DNA of 64,000 bases from Thermovirgaceae bacterium. GTDB lineage: Bacteria; Synergistota; Synergistia; Synergistales; Thermovirgaceae. Position numbers and translations under genes: made by a program. The stretch's first letter is position 1. Each line of letters opens with the position of its first letter. Below the pieces are notes generated by a model that saw only the letters and a list, made by a program, of their open reading frames with translations, ran no database searches and was not told the origin of the DNA. Positions 1-8,893 of this stretch are shown here, piece by piece. The DNA lies in contig JAXGNU010000003.1 in assembly GCA_040767805.1 (NCBI GenBank), positions 64,001 through 128,000 of the forward strand. The letters are read 5' to 3'.

Positions 1-974
1 ATGTTGAGGCTCGGCGGAAACGAGGCTCCCCCGGTCATAATGAGCGTTTTTCTCGGCGATGTCCTGACCCACATCTTCGACCGGATCGGGGAAGGCCTGC
101 CCGAGAACCTCCCTTCGAAAGCGTTCCTGAACCTGGGGTTGAACCGTCTTCCCGATATCCTCATGGACAACACCGACAGGAACCGCACGGCCCCGATAGC
201 CTTCACGGGCAACAAGTTCGAGTTCCGAGCGCCCGGCGCGTCGCAGTCGCCGGCGGGGCCCATGACGATGATCCTGTCTATATGGGCCTGGGGGCTCGAA
301 CGCATGGCCCAGATGGTGGAATCCAGGATAGGCGAGACCGACGTAGCCGACGCGGCCCTCGACGCCATCAGGAACGCCGCCCTCGAAAGCGGCAACATCC
401 GGTTCGAGGGTAACTGCTACACCCGGGAGTGGCACGAAGAGGCCAAGAGGAGGGGTCTTCCCGTCGCCCACAGCACCAGCGAAGCCCTCGCCCTTTTTTT
501 GATCCCCGAGAACAGGGGACTTCTTTCCGGGCTCGGCGTTTTCTCCGACCGCGAGATCCGGGGTTATTACGAGACGAGGCTGGAACAATATGTGAAGACC
601 CTGGAATCGAAATGAACGTCATGGAGGATATGATACGGACGGGCATCCTGCCGGCGGTCACGAAGCAGATTCACCTCGAGGCCTCTACCCTGTCTTTGAT
701 CGCGGGCCGTCACGGGAGGTGAAGATTCCCTCTGGGAGGACCAGGTCGACCAACTGGTGGGCATCAAGGAAGGGCTCCTGGAGGGCGTCAACAGGATGAC
801 CTCCCTCAGGGACGGCCTGGTGTCGCTCAGCCCGGATGAGAAGGCTCGAACGCTGACGGAGAGGGCGTGCCGATCCTCGAGGGCTTGAGGGGAATGTGCG
901 ACGCGGCTGAAAGGATGACCTCCGGGGAGTTCTGGCCTTACCCCCGGTATAACGAACTTCTTCTTCCCGGTTGA
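1..974 (+). pseudogene. Glutamine synthetase type III, 3' part (truncated at the window edge), broken by about 3 frameshifts
   Basis: GSIII motifs RLGGNEAPP and DNTDRNRTAPIAFTGNKFEFRAPG. After the stop at 613-615 the homology continues in alternating frames (IEMNVMEDMIRTGILPA; EDSLWEDQVDQL; GVPILEGLRGMCDAAE...FWPYPRYNELLLPG*), ending at 974. May be sequencing errors. Confidence 0.8.
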
Positions 975-2905
975 CCGGCGGCGGGGGGCTTATACCCGGA
1001 ATGCCTCAGTCGGAGCCGAAAGAACTGGTAATCCTCCGAAGGCAATAACTGGCCGTCCCTGATGCTGTAAGCCCCGGGCTTCAGGTACCGGGCGACGCTT
1101 TCAAGCAGGTCGGACTCCCTCACGTCGGAATACCAAGCCATCAGCCGGCCGAGGTCCCTGGCGTGGGGCTCCTGCCTGAAATGCTGATGAAGTCTCATGA
1201 GCCCCTCCCCGAGCAACTCTCCCCTTTTCTCATCCACGGCCATCCTGATGTATTGATAGGCCAGCTCCCTTTGCGCTGTATCCCTCACCATCAGGCGCCC
1301 CTCCGCCTTTTCAATGAGCCGCACCCGCGTCATGGGGTCCTCCGCCATGGACGCCATCCTGAGGAGCCTGTCACCCTCCATGCCCCGGGCGAAAAAAAAC
1401 AAACCTGTGACGGCGACGGCGCTCATGGTCAGCCCCAGGCTCCTCAGGACCCATTTCTTCCTGATCTCGGTCCAGGAAAAGGACGAGGGCAGGAGTTCCC
1501 TGTTGGCGATGCCGAAGGCAAAGGCCAGCCACAGGACGTCCTCGATCCTGTGGAAGGGGCGTGTCCAAAGCGCGTCGAACCACATCAGGAACAAAAAGGA
1601 AGAAGCCCAGGCCCCTTCCGGCGACAGGGGGTCGCCCCTTCTCAGCCTGGATAAGAAACTTAGGAGCCACCAGGCCCCGAGGGCGATGAGGGCCAGGCCC
1701 CCGAACACCCCCGTTTCGCAAAACCACTGGAAGATCTCGCTGTGAGCCCAGTAAGTGTATTGCCATTTCATGTCGGGGTGCTTCGCGACCATCCTCCTCT
1801 GGGCCTCGAGGTAGTTCCACTTGTAATGGCCAAGACCCACACCGCCCAGGGGGTGCATTTTAAACATCTCGGCGGTGGTCAGCCATATGCTGTCCCTCTT
1901 CCCTATGGTCTTGAATTGCTCGACCATTTCAACGCTCTTCATGATGAAGACGTTGCCCCGTCCGAAGAGAAGGGTCCCGAAAAAGGTCGCGGCCAGTAGG
2001 GCCAGGATGACCGAAGCCCGCGCAAGGGCCTTCCTGGTCCCCATGGACCGAGCCGAGAGAAGGGCGAGAACGCAAAGGCCGACGGCGTAGGAAAAGACGG
2101 CTGAACGGCTCGTGGAATTCCATAATCCCCAGGCGTTTACGGCAAAAAAGAAAAGATTGGCCGCCGCGGCGATGCCCTTTCTGCCGCTGATGCCGCCTCC
2201 CCGGCCACCTTGCAAGTACAGCCAGGAGGAACCCATCATGACCATGGCCACCCATAGCCCGAACATGTTTTGCTGCCCCGTGTTGCCTATATATTTTCCC
2301 GGGGTCGGGTAAACGAAGGGGAAAAGATGGTGCAACTCATGAATCTGCAGTTCCGCGAAAAGGACATTCAGGGCCCCCGACAGGGCGGCAAGCCAAAGCA
2401 GGATAGGCAGGCTCTTGGCGTAGGTCCCGTTGCGGGCGATGATGTAGACCGCCCAGAGGGAGGCGAAGAAAAACCACTCCCTTGTGAAGGTCGGTACCGA
2501 TGTAATCGGGGCCCAAAGGGGTTGAAGGATCAGGAACAGTACGAGGAAAAGCCACACCGCGCCGAAGGGGTCGAGGGCGAAACCTTCCCTGACACCTTTC
2601 ATGAGCGTTATCCTCATTCCGACCAGGACTATCAGAAAGCCCACCGGGACGAAAACAGCGGCCCATTTCATGAGGTGAAGAGCCTCGTACCAGAAGGGTC
2701 CCGAGAAAACCAGGTTCGGGAACGAGAGCGCGAAAAAAAGGAGGATCGTGGCCAGGGGTTCGGGGGCAAGGCTCGCCTTTACCGGCCGATTTGATCCACC
2801 GCCTTTGAAGAAACCGACGTCACCTGGATCTCCGGTCAATTGCCTCACCTCTGGATGGGGCGGATGATCGGTGCGGCCTTCCTCGGATGGGCATTCCCAC
2901 CCCAT
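938..2905 (-). CDS. O-antigen ligase family / PglL-like O-oligosaccharyltransferase
   Basis: Many hydrophobic segments, GNTGQQNMFG motif, STSRSA, and R..IW...HPLGGVGLG...AHSEIFQWFCETG (Wzy_C signature). The C-terminus overlaps the glutamine synthetase end, so it is uncertain. Confidence 0.8.
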   Translation of the reverse strand: MGWECPSEEGRTDHPPHPEVRQLTGDPGDVGFFKGGGSNRPVKASLAPEPLATILLFFALSFPNLVFSGPFWYEALHLMKWAAVFVPVGFLIVLVGMRITLMKGVREGFALDPFGAVWLFLVLFLILQPLWAPITSVPTFTREWFFFASLWAVYIIARNGTYAKSLPILLWLAALSGALNVLFAELQIHELHHLFPFVYPTPGKYIGNTGQQNMFGLWVAMVMMGSSWLYLQGGRGGGISGRKGIAAAANLFFFAVNAWGLWNSTSRSAVFSYAVGLCVLALLSARSMGTRKALARASVILALLAATFFGTLLFGRGNVFIMKSVEMVEQFKTIGKRDSIWLTTAEMFKMHPLGGVGLGHYKWNYLEAQRRMVAKHPDMKWQYTYWAHSEIFQWFCETGVFGGLALIALGAWWLLSFLSRLRRGDPLSPEGAWASSFLFLMWFDALWTRPFHRIEDVLWLAFAFGIANRELLPSSFSWTEIRKKWVLRSLGLTMSAVAVTGLFFFARGMEGDRLLRMASMAEDPMTRVRLIEKAEGRLMVRDTAQRELAYQYIRMAVDEKRGELLGEGLMRLHQHFRQEPHARDLGRLMAWYSDVRESDLLESVARYLKPGAYSIRDGQLLPSEDYQFFRLRLRHSGYKPPAAGQPGRRSSLYRG

Positions 2906-4255
2906 TCATGACGACCAGGCCTGGCTCGCAAAACGGGCGTGTTCCTTGAAAAAGGTGAGCCTTACGGTGCCGGTGGGGCCGTTCCTGTGCTTCGCCACGA
3001 TCACATCGGCGGTGTTGTCGTCCTCATCCGCGGGAGCGTCGTAGTACCCCGGGCGGTAAAGGAGGATGACCAGGTCGGCATCCTGCTCGATGGCGCCGCT
3101 ATCGCGAAGGTCCGAAAGCTGGGGCCTCTTTTCCTGCCTCGATTCGACGGCCCTCGAGAGTTGGGAGATAGCTATCAACGGTACATCGAGCTCCCTTGCT
3201 ATGGCCTTGAGGGAACGGGAGATCTCGGCAACCTCCTGCTGCTTGCTCTCCGTTTTCCTGGTCAACTGCATCAACTGGAGGTAATCGACCACGATCAACC
3301 CGCTACCGGATCTCATGACCTGGGATTTGAACCGCCTGGACCGGGCGCGCAGTTCCAGCGTCGTCAGCACGGAACTGTCATCGATGAAAAAGGGGGCCCT
3401 CGAAAGGTCACCCGCCGCGGTGGCCAGCTTTTCCCAGGCGCTTTCGTGGAACATCCCCGTCCGCAGATCGTGGACATCCACCCTGGCCCTGGATCCCAGC
3501 ATGCGCTGGACCAGCTGTTCCGCTCCCATCTCGAGGCTGAACATCAGGACCGGTATCCCCCTGTCAACCGAAGCGTGCATACCGATATCGAGGGCCAGGG
3601 CAGTCTTCCCCATGGAGGGCCTAGCGGCGATTATGTTGAGGCTGCCCGGCTGGAACCCACCGGTGATCCTCTCGAAATCGTCGAAACCGCTGGGGACACC
3701 CGTCACCGAACTGTCAGGTGAGTGGAATTTCTCCTCGATGGTCCGGAAGGCGGGACCGAGGACATCCCCCACCTTCCTGAAGGGGACCTGGCTGCCTCTC
3801 TGGGTGATCTCGAAGACCGCCCGCTCGGCCTGGTCCATCACGTCCTCGATCTCCCTGTCTTCCGAGTAGCCCAGGCGGGCTATCTCGGCGCCAACCTGGA
3901 TCAGCCTGCGGTGGATCGACTTGTCCCGTACGATCCTGGCGTGGTACTCGACGTTGGCCGTGGTGGGGACGGAATCCACGAGCCCCGCTATGAAACCCTG
4001 GCCCCCCAGGGCCGAGGCGAGCCCTCTCCTGGACAGATCCTCGAGGAAGGTGAGGGGATCCACGGGTTTCCCCTTTTCGGCCATTTCCCTCATGACCTGG
4101 AAGGCCTGCCGATGGCTCCCGTCGTAGAAATCCTCCGGCAGGAGCGCGTCCAGGCACACGGTCAGGGCATCATCCGCGAGAAGGCAGCCCCCTATCACCG
4201 CCCTCTCGGCTTCGATGCTGTGGGGTGGAATCCTCTCAAAGAGCTGGTCATTCAA
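2906..4255 (-). CDS. dnaB: Replicative DNA helicase
   Basis: PPHSIEAE, AARPSMGKT, VDYLQL, SQLSR, LSDLRDSGAIEQDAD, KHRNGPTG. Confidence 0.98.
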   Translation of the reverse strand: MNDQLFERIPPHSIEAERAVIGGCLLADDALTVCLDALLPEDFYDGSHRQAFQVMREMAEKGKPVDPLTFLEDLSRRGLASALGGQGFIAGLVDSVPTTANVEYHARIVRDKSIHRRLIQVGAEIARLGYSEDREIEDVMDQAERAVFEITQRGSQVPFRKVGDVLGPAFRTIEEKFHSPDSSVTGVPSGFDDFERITGGFQPGSLNIIAARPSMGKTALALDIGMHASVDRGIPVLMFSLEMGAEQLVQRMLGSRARVDVHDLRTGMFHESAWEKLATAAGDLSRAPFFIDDSSVLTTLELRARSRRFKSQVMRSGSGLIVVDYLQLMQLTRKTESKQQEVAEISRSLKAIARELDVPLIAISQLSRAVESRQEKRPQLSDLRDSGAIEQDADLVILLYRPGYYDAPADEDDNTADVIVAKHRNGPTGTVRLTFFKEHARFASQAWSS

Positions 4256-4703
4256 CCCTTTCGTCCTCCACCTTCAGGGTCATCTCCGCTTCAACCCCCT
4301 GGTGCAATTTTATTGAAAAGGGGTAGGAACCCAACTCCTTCACCGGCGAAGGAAGCCGGACGTCCTTTTTATCGACGGGGACACCGAACTTTTCCTCGAC
4401 CCTTTCCGCCACCTGGGTCGCCGTGACGCTCCCGAACAGCTTCCCCCTCTCCCCGGCTGTGACCTTGAGCACGACCTGTTTCCCCTGGAGGAGGGCCCTG
4501 CTTTCCCAGGCCTCCTCCTCCTCCCGCCTGGCCCTGACTTCCTTCGTTCTCTGGTGCTGTTCCCACTCCTTCAGCCTCTCACTGGTCGCCTCTTCCGCCA
4601 TCTTCCTCGGGATCAGGTAATTCCTCCCGTACCCCTCGGCCACGTCGACCAGGTCGCCCTTTTTCCCCACTTTTGGTACATCCGTCAGCAGGATGACTTT
4701 CAT
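4248..4703 (-). CDS. rplI: 50S ribosomal protein L9
   Basis: MKVILL, GYGRNYLIP, GKLFGSVT. The ATG at 4703 overlaps the upstream stop codon. Confidence 0.97.
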   Translation of the reverse strand: MKVILLTDVPKVGKKGDLVDVAEGYGRNYLIPRKMAEEATSERLKEWEQHQRTKEVRARREEEEAWESRALLQGKQVVLKVTAGERGKLFGSVTATQVAERVEEKFGVPVDKKDVRLPSPVKELGSYPFSIKLHQGVEAEMTLKVEDERVE

Positions 4704-5659
4704 TCTCTTCCCCCCCGGAACCTCGACCGCAGGTCGAACCACACATCAATGATACCCAAAATAAGGACCAACTGCGCAAAAAAGGGGACGACCATGACGA
4801 CCAGTGTCAAGGCGACCTTCAGGAAACGGCCCAGTCCCCTGGAACCCATGAAGAACCAGCCCACGGCCAGCCCCTGGAAAAAGAACAGGGTCGTTACCAG
4901 GAGGCGCAGGTTCAGGGCCGTCTTTTGCAAAAAGGCCGCCGAAGGATGATAGGTCCCAGCCAGCTGGAGCGCCATGGAGGCCACGAGGGCCCAAAAAATG
5001 CTCTTGGGGAAGCGCCACCGGCTGAACTCCGGGAGCCGTGGAAGGACTTCCCTGCCCAGCCTTTTCAGAACTGCGGCGCTCACTACATAGCTGAGGAAGC
5101 AGTCCACCGTTGCTGCCATAACGAGAAGGGCGGGAAAGATCAGCGGGACCAGGGAGAGGGTGGCCCGCATCTGCTCCTTGGCCGCGGAGAGCGACTCCTT
5201 CGACATGCCCAGGCTTGAATAGACCGAGGAGATCCTCTCGATCATGGGCAGGATCTCCGCCTCCTCGAGCCCGAAGGGGTTGATCCCCGTGAGCTTTATG
5301 GCGATCACCATCAGGATGAGTTTGCTCCCCAGGGAAACCAGGATCCCGTAGAGGATGATATCGACGGCCCTGTCGAAACGCCTGCCCAGGACCCCGAGGG
5401 CTATGCCCAGGAAACCGAAACCGAAGCAGAAGAAAAGGGCACCCACCACACCCGTGAAGGCGGCCGAGATGATCGTCGCCGCCACTACCCCCAGCACCGC
5501 CCTTCCCAGGCTGTGCCTAAGGCCCAGGACTACAAGGGGGGCGGGGCAAACGAGAGAGAACACCATCCCTACCAGGGGGAGGAAATGACCCGCGAGGAAA
5601 AGCACCGCGGAAAGGGCTACGAGCAGCGATGATTCAACCAGGGCCCTGGTCCTGTCCAT
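4700..5659 (-). CDS. YybS/DUF2232 family membrane protein
   Basis: Polytopic membrane protein (RTRALVES, FFQGLA, LGIID.WFDLR) in the usual rpsR-yybS-rplI-dnaB position. Confidence 0.85.
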   Translation of the reverse strand: MDRTRALVESSLLVALSAVLFLAGHFLPLVGMVFSLVCPAPLVVLGLRHSLGRAVLGVVAATIISAAFTGVVGALFFCFGFGFLGIALGVLGRRFDRAVDIILYGILVSLGSKLILMVIAIKLTGINPFGLEEAEILPMIERISSVYSSLGMSKESLSAAKEQMRATLSLVPLIFPALLVMAATVDCFLSYVVSAAVLKRLGREVLPRLPEFSRWRFPKSIFWALVASMALQLAGTYHPSAAFLQKTALNLRLLVTTLFFFQGLAVGWFFMGSRGLGRFLKVALTLVVMVVPFFAQLVLILGIIDVWFDLRSRFRGGRE

Positions 5660-5681
5660 AAAAAACGACCTCCCGACAGAA

Positions 5682-5711
5682 CGGGGGGAGAAGCCTGGGC
5701 TCCTCCCCCCG
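5682..5711 (-). terminator. Hairpin downstream of rpsR
   Basis: CGGGGGGAG...CTCCCCCCG inverted repeat with no clear U-tract. Confidence 0.4.
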
Positions 5712-5733
5712 CGATGAACAGGGGTCTCCTTTC

Positions 5734-5985
5734 CTACTCGGCGCTGTAGGGAAGGAGAGCGAGGTAGCGCACCCTTTTGATCGCCTCCGTGAGCTGCCTC
5801 TGGTGCTTGGCGCAGTTTCCCGTCACCCTCCTGGGGACGATCTTTCCGCGCTCGCTTATGTACTTTCTGAGTTTATCCACATCCTTGTAATCAATGTGGT
5901 CAATTTTCTCCATGCAGAACATACAGACCTTAGGTTTTCTTCTCTTGCTTCTCTTGCCTCCGCCGGTCCTCGGTGAAAAGGCCAT
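5734..5985 (-). CDS. rpsR: 30S ribosomal protein S18
   Basis: [32 protein letters not shown] (zinc-binding form). Confidence 0.98.
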   Translation of the reverse strand: MAFSPRTGGGKRSKRRKPKVCMFCMEKIDHIDYKDVDKLRKYISERGKIVPRRVTGNCAKHQRQLTEAIKRVRYLALLPYSAE

Positions 5986-6022
5986 CACGAACCTCCTTCC
6001 CTTCAAGGGAACCAAAAAACTG

Positions 6023-6514
6023 TCAGAAGGGGATATCCGCGTCCTCGCCCTCGTCCTTGATTTCGTCCAGCTCGGATATATCCCTCACGTAATCATCCTC
6101 GAAACCCTTTTCCCTGAGGCTGCCGCCCCTCGACGGGGGGGCCTGTTCGTCTTCCGGAGGGTACGCCTCCTCGCCGTCCCTGCGGGAACCCAGGAACGTG
6201 ACGCCCTGGGCCACCACCTCGGTAAACCACCGTCTTTCGCCGGTTCCCGCCTCGTAACTTCGGACCTGGATCCTTCCCTCGATGAAGACAGGGCTCCCCT
6301 TCCGGAGGTATCTCTCGCAGTTCTCAGCCTGGGCGCCCCAGACCGCCACGGGGATGAAGTCGACCTGGTCCTGGACTTCGCCTTCCCTGTTTTTCCACTG
6401 GCGGTTGACGGCCACGGAAAACTTAGCCACGGCCTGCTTGGAAGTGGTGTAGCGCACCTCGGGGTCCCTCGCCAGGTTGCCCATCAGAATAACCTTGTTG
6501 AAACCTCTGACCAT
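6023..6514 (-). CDS. ssb: Single-stranded DNA-binding protein
   Basis: [20 protein letters not shown] fold, acidic tail ending DIPF. Confidence 0.98.
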   Translation of the reverse strand: MVRGFNKVILMGNLARDPEVRYTTSKQAVAKFSVAVNRQWKNREGEVQDQVDFIPVAVWGAQAENCERYLRKGSPVFIEGRIQVRSYEAGTGERRWFTEVVAQGVTFLGSRRDGEEAYPPEDEQAPPSRGGSLREKGFEDDYVRDISELDEIKDEGEDADIPF

Positions 6515-6526
6515 CGAGATCACTCC

Positions 6527-6811
6527 CTAGGTTTCATCCAGAGCAATAACCAGGTGTCTTAAAACCTGGGGCTTGAGCTTCAGCAACCGTTCCAGTTCGC
6601 TGACCTGGGAAGGGTCGAGAGTAAAGGTAAGGACCGCGTAAAACCCCTCGGCCTGTTTCTGGATGGGATAGGCGAAGCGCCTCTTCCCCCAGGAACTGCT
6701 CTCAACGATCTCTCCCCCCAGGTTGCGCACGACCCCTTCGATCTCCCCCACCGCCGACTCATGGTCCTCCAGGTCGGCCTGGAAGATCGTGACCATTTCA
6801 TACGATCGCAC
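6527..6811 (-). CDS. rpsF: 30S ribosomal protein S6
   Basis: RSYE, WGKRRFAYPIQK, VLRHL. GTG start after GGAGGAGG. Confidence 0.97.
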   Translation of the reverse strand: MRSYEMVTIFQADLEDHESAVGEIEGVVRNLGGEIVESSSWGKRRFAYPIQKQAEGFYAVLTFTLDPSQVSELERLLKLKPQVLRHLVIALDET

Positions 6812-6817
6812 GTCATA

Positions 6818-6868
6818 CACCTCCTCCCTTTGGCCTAAGGTCTCCCCACCCCGGGGAGACAGGGACAT
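6818..6868 (-). ncRNA. S6:S18 ribosomal protein leader (autoregulatory 5' UTR)
   Basis: Minus strand TCCCT-GTCTCCCC-GGGGT-GGGGAGAC-CTTAGGCCAAAGGGAGG: inner hairpin, pyrimidine-rich internal loop and an outer helix pairing with the SD, directly before rpsF. Confidence 0.7.
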
Positions 6869-6878
6869 ACGGCAGAAC

Positions 6879-6907
6879 ATTATACGCTAGGGGCCCTCTT
6901 CCGGCAA
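6879..6907 (-). promoter_or_regulatory. Sigma70-type promoter of the rpsF operon
   Basis: TTGCCG-N17-TATAAT on the minus strand. Confidence 0.7.
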
Positions 6908-7192
6908 CAAGTCCCTGGAAACCACCTCGACCCGGAAGATCCTCTCACCGGGGAGGGTCAGGTTGAACTGCTCCCGGGCGAGCCGGGCAACGCCCTCGGG
7001 TGTCCTGTAAAAAAGAATTTTTTCCTTCAGGACCTGGACGTCCCTAGTAACGGCGACAAGGCGGTCCATCCTTTCGTCCACGATGGAGCCAAGCCTTCCT
7101 ATCTTCCTGAGCTCCAGGATGTAGGCTGTTCCGACGATCGCCAGGAAGCAGAGACCGGCCGTGATCAGGGCCACCCAGCGCAGGCGGATCAT
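6887..7192 (-). CDS. Septum formation initiator (FtsB/DivIC family)
   Basis: N-terminal TM helix, coiled coil, ARLAREQFNLTLPGERIF. Confidence 0.8.
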   Translation of the reverse strand: MIRLRWVALITAGLCFLAIVGTAYILELRKIGRLGSIVDERMDRLVAVTRDVQVLKEKILFYRTPEGVARLAREQFNLTLPGERIFRVEVVSRDLLPEEGP

Positions 7193-7194
7193 TC

Positions 7195-8874
7195 CTACAT
7201 CTTCTCCGGCGCGCTTATCCCCAGCAGGGAAAGGGCGTTGGCCAGGACCACCCTCGTCGCCTCGGAGAGGATGAGCCTGGCGCCCTCCAGTTCAGGCCCC
7301 ACCCCCAGGACCCGGTGGGCGTTGTAGAAGGAATGAAAATCCCCCGCCAGGTCGTAGGCGTAAAAAACAATCCTGTGAGGGGCGAGGTCGGCGGCGGCCT
7401 TTTCGACTTCCTCGGGGAAGGCCGATAACCTCTTCACCAGGCCTATCTCCTCCGGTTCGACCAGCACGGAAAGGTCGACATCCTGTGGTTTCGGCATTAT
7501 CACGCCCCTGGCCGCCGCTTCCCTGAAAATACTGTGTATCCTCGCGTGAGCGTACTGGACGTAAAAAACCGGGTTGTCCGTCGAGGCGCTCTTGGCCAGG
7601 TCCAGGTCGAAATCAAGGTGGCTGTCGGAACGCCTCATGGCGAAGAAATACCTCGTGGCGTTGACCCCTACCTCCTCTATTACCTCCGCCAGGGTGACGA
7701 ACTCGCCGGAACGGGTCGACATGGACACCTGCTGCCCTCCCCTGTGGAGATTCACGAATTGTATCAGGAGGATCTGGAGGTCTTCCTCCCTCCGGCCGAG
7801 GGCCTGCACCGCGGCCTTCATCCTTGGGATGTAGCCGTGATGGTCGGCCCCCCACACGTCGATCACCATGTCAAAGCCGCGGTCGTACTTGTCCTTGTGA
7901 TAGGCGATATCAGAGGCGAAATAGGTGGGGGCCCCGTTGCTCCTGATGAGGACTCGGTCTTTGTCGTCCGAGAAGGCCGTGGCCTTGAACCAGGTCGCCC
8001 CGTCGGCATCGAAGGCGAAGCCGTTCTTCTTGAGGGTCTCAAGCATTTTGGGGATCTTGACCCCGTCGTAGAGGGACTTCTCCGAGAACCAGACGTCGAA
8101 CTTCACGCCGAAGTCTTCAAGGGTCTTGCGGATGTCCTCCAGGATGACCTCATTGGCGTACTTGGTGAAAAAGGGAAGGGACTCCCCTGGGGAAATGTCC
8201 AGGAATCGCTCTCCCTCGGAGTCCAGCAGCTGCCGGGCGAGATCAAGGATGTAGCCGCCCTTGTAGCCGTCCTCCGGGAAGGGGACCTCCCCGGGGCGAC
8301 CGCAGATCTCGAAGTACCGGGACTGGGTCGACTTCCCCAGGAGTTCCATCTGGAGACCGGCGTCGTTGATGTAGTACTCCCTCTCGACATCCCACCCGGC
8401 GAAGGAAAGGATCCTCGCGCAGATGTCACCCACGGCGGCGCCCCTGCCATGGCCGACATGGAGAGGCCCCGTCGGGTTGGCGCTCACGAACTCCACCTGG
8501 ACCCTTCGTCCGCCGCCGGAATCACTCCTGCCGTAATCGCCCGCCAGCTCCAGGATATCCTCGATGGTCCCGGTCATCCACGACCGGGAGAGGAAAAAGT
8601 TTATGAAACCCGGTCCGGCCACCTCGACCCTCTCCACGAGGGGATTTTCCGGCAGAAGGGAGACTATCCTGCGGGCCACTTCAAGGGGTCTCTCTCCGAA
8701 GGTACGGGCCCACTGCATGGCGGCGTTGGTGGCCCAGTCCCCCTGGCCTTCCCTTCTTCCCCTCTCCACCTCCACGGGGACTTCCCCCTCCAAGGGTACC
8801 CCCTTCTCTTGGGCAATCTTCCCGATCGATGATGCCAGCATTTCCTTTATGACGGTCTCTATGTCTTTCTTCAT
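7195..8874 (-). CDS. argS: Arginyl-tRNA synthetase
   Basis: AGPGFINF, EFVSANPTGPLHVGHGR, MSTRSG, YVQYAHAR, APEKM. Confidence 0.98.
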   Translation of the reverse strand: MKKDIETVIKEMLASSIGKIAQEKGVPLEGEVPVEVERGRREGQGDWATNAAMQWARTFGERPLEVARRIVSLLPENPLVERVEVAGPGFINFFLSRSWMTGTIEDILELAGDYGRSDSGGGRRVQVEFVSANPTGPLHVGHGRGAAVGDICARILSFAGWDVEREYYINDAGLQMELLGKSTQSRYFEICGRPGEVPFPEDGYKGGYILDLARQLLDSEGERFLDISPGESLPFFTKYANEVILEDIRKTLEDFGVKFDVWFSEKSLYDGVKIPKMLETLKKNGFAFDADGATWFKATAFSDDKDRVLIRSNGAPTYFASDIAYHKDKYDRGFDMVIDVWGADHHGYIPRMKAAVQALGRREEDLQILLIQFVNLHRGGQQVSMSTRSGEFVTLAEVIEEVGVNATRYFFAMRRSDSHLDFDLDLAKSASTDNPVFYVQYAHARIHSIFREAAARGVIMPKPQDVDLSVLVEPEEIGLVKRLSAFPEEVEKAAADLAPHRIVFYAYDLAGDFHSFYNAHRVLGVGPELEGARLILSEATRVVLANALSLLGISAPEKM

Positions 8875-8893
8875 GGTCTCGCCCCGCTTTCGG

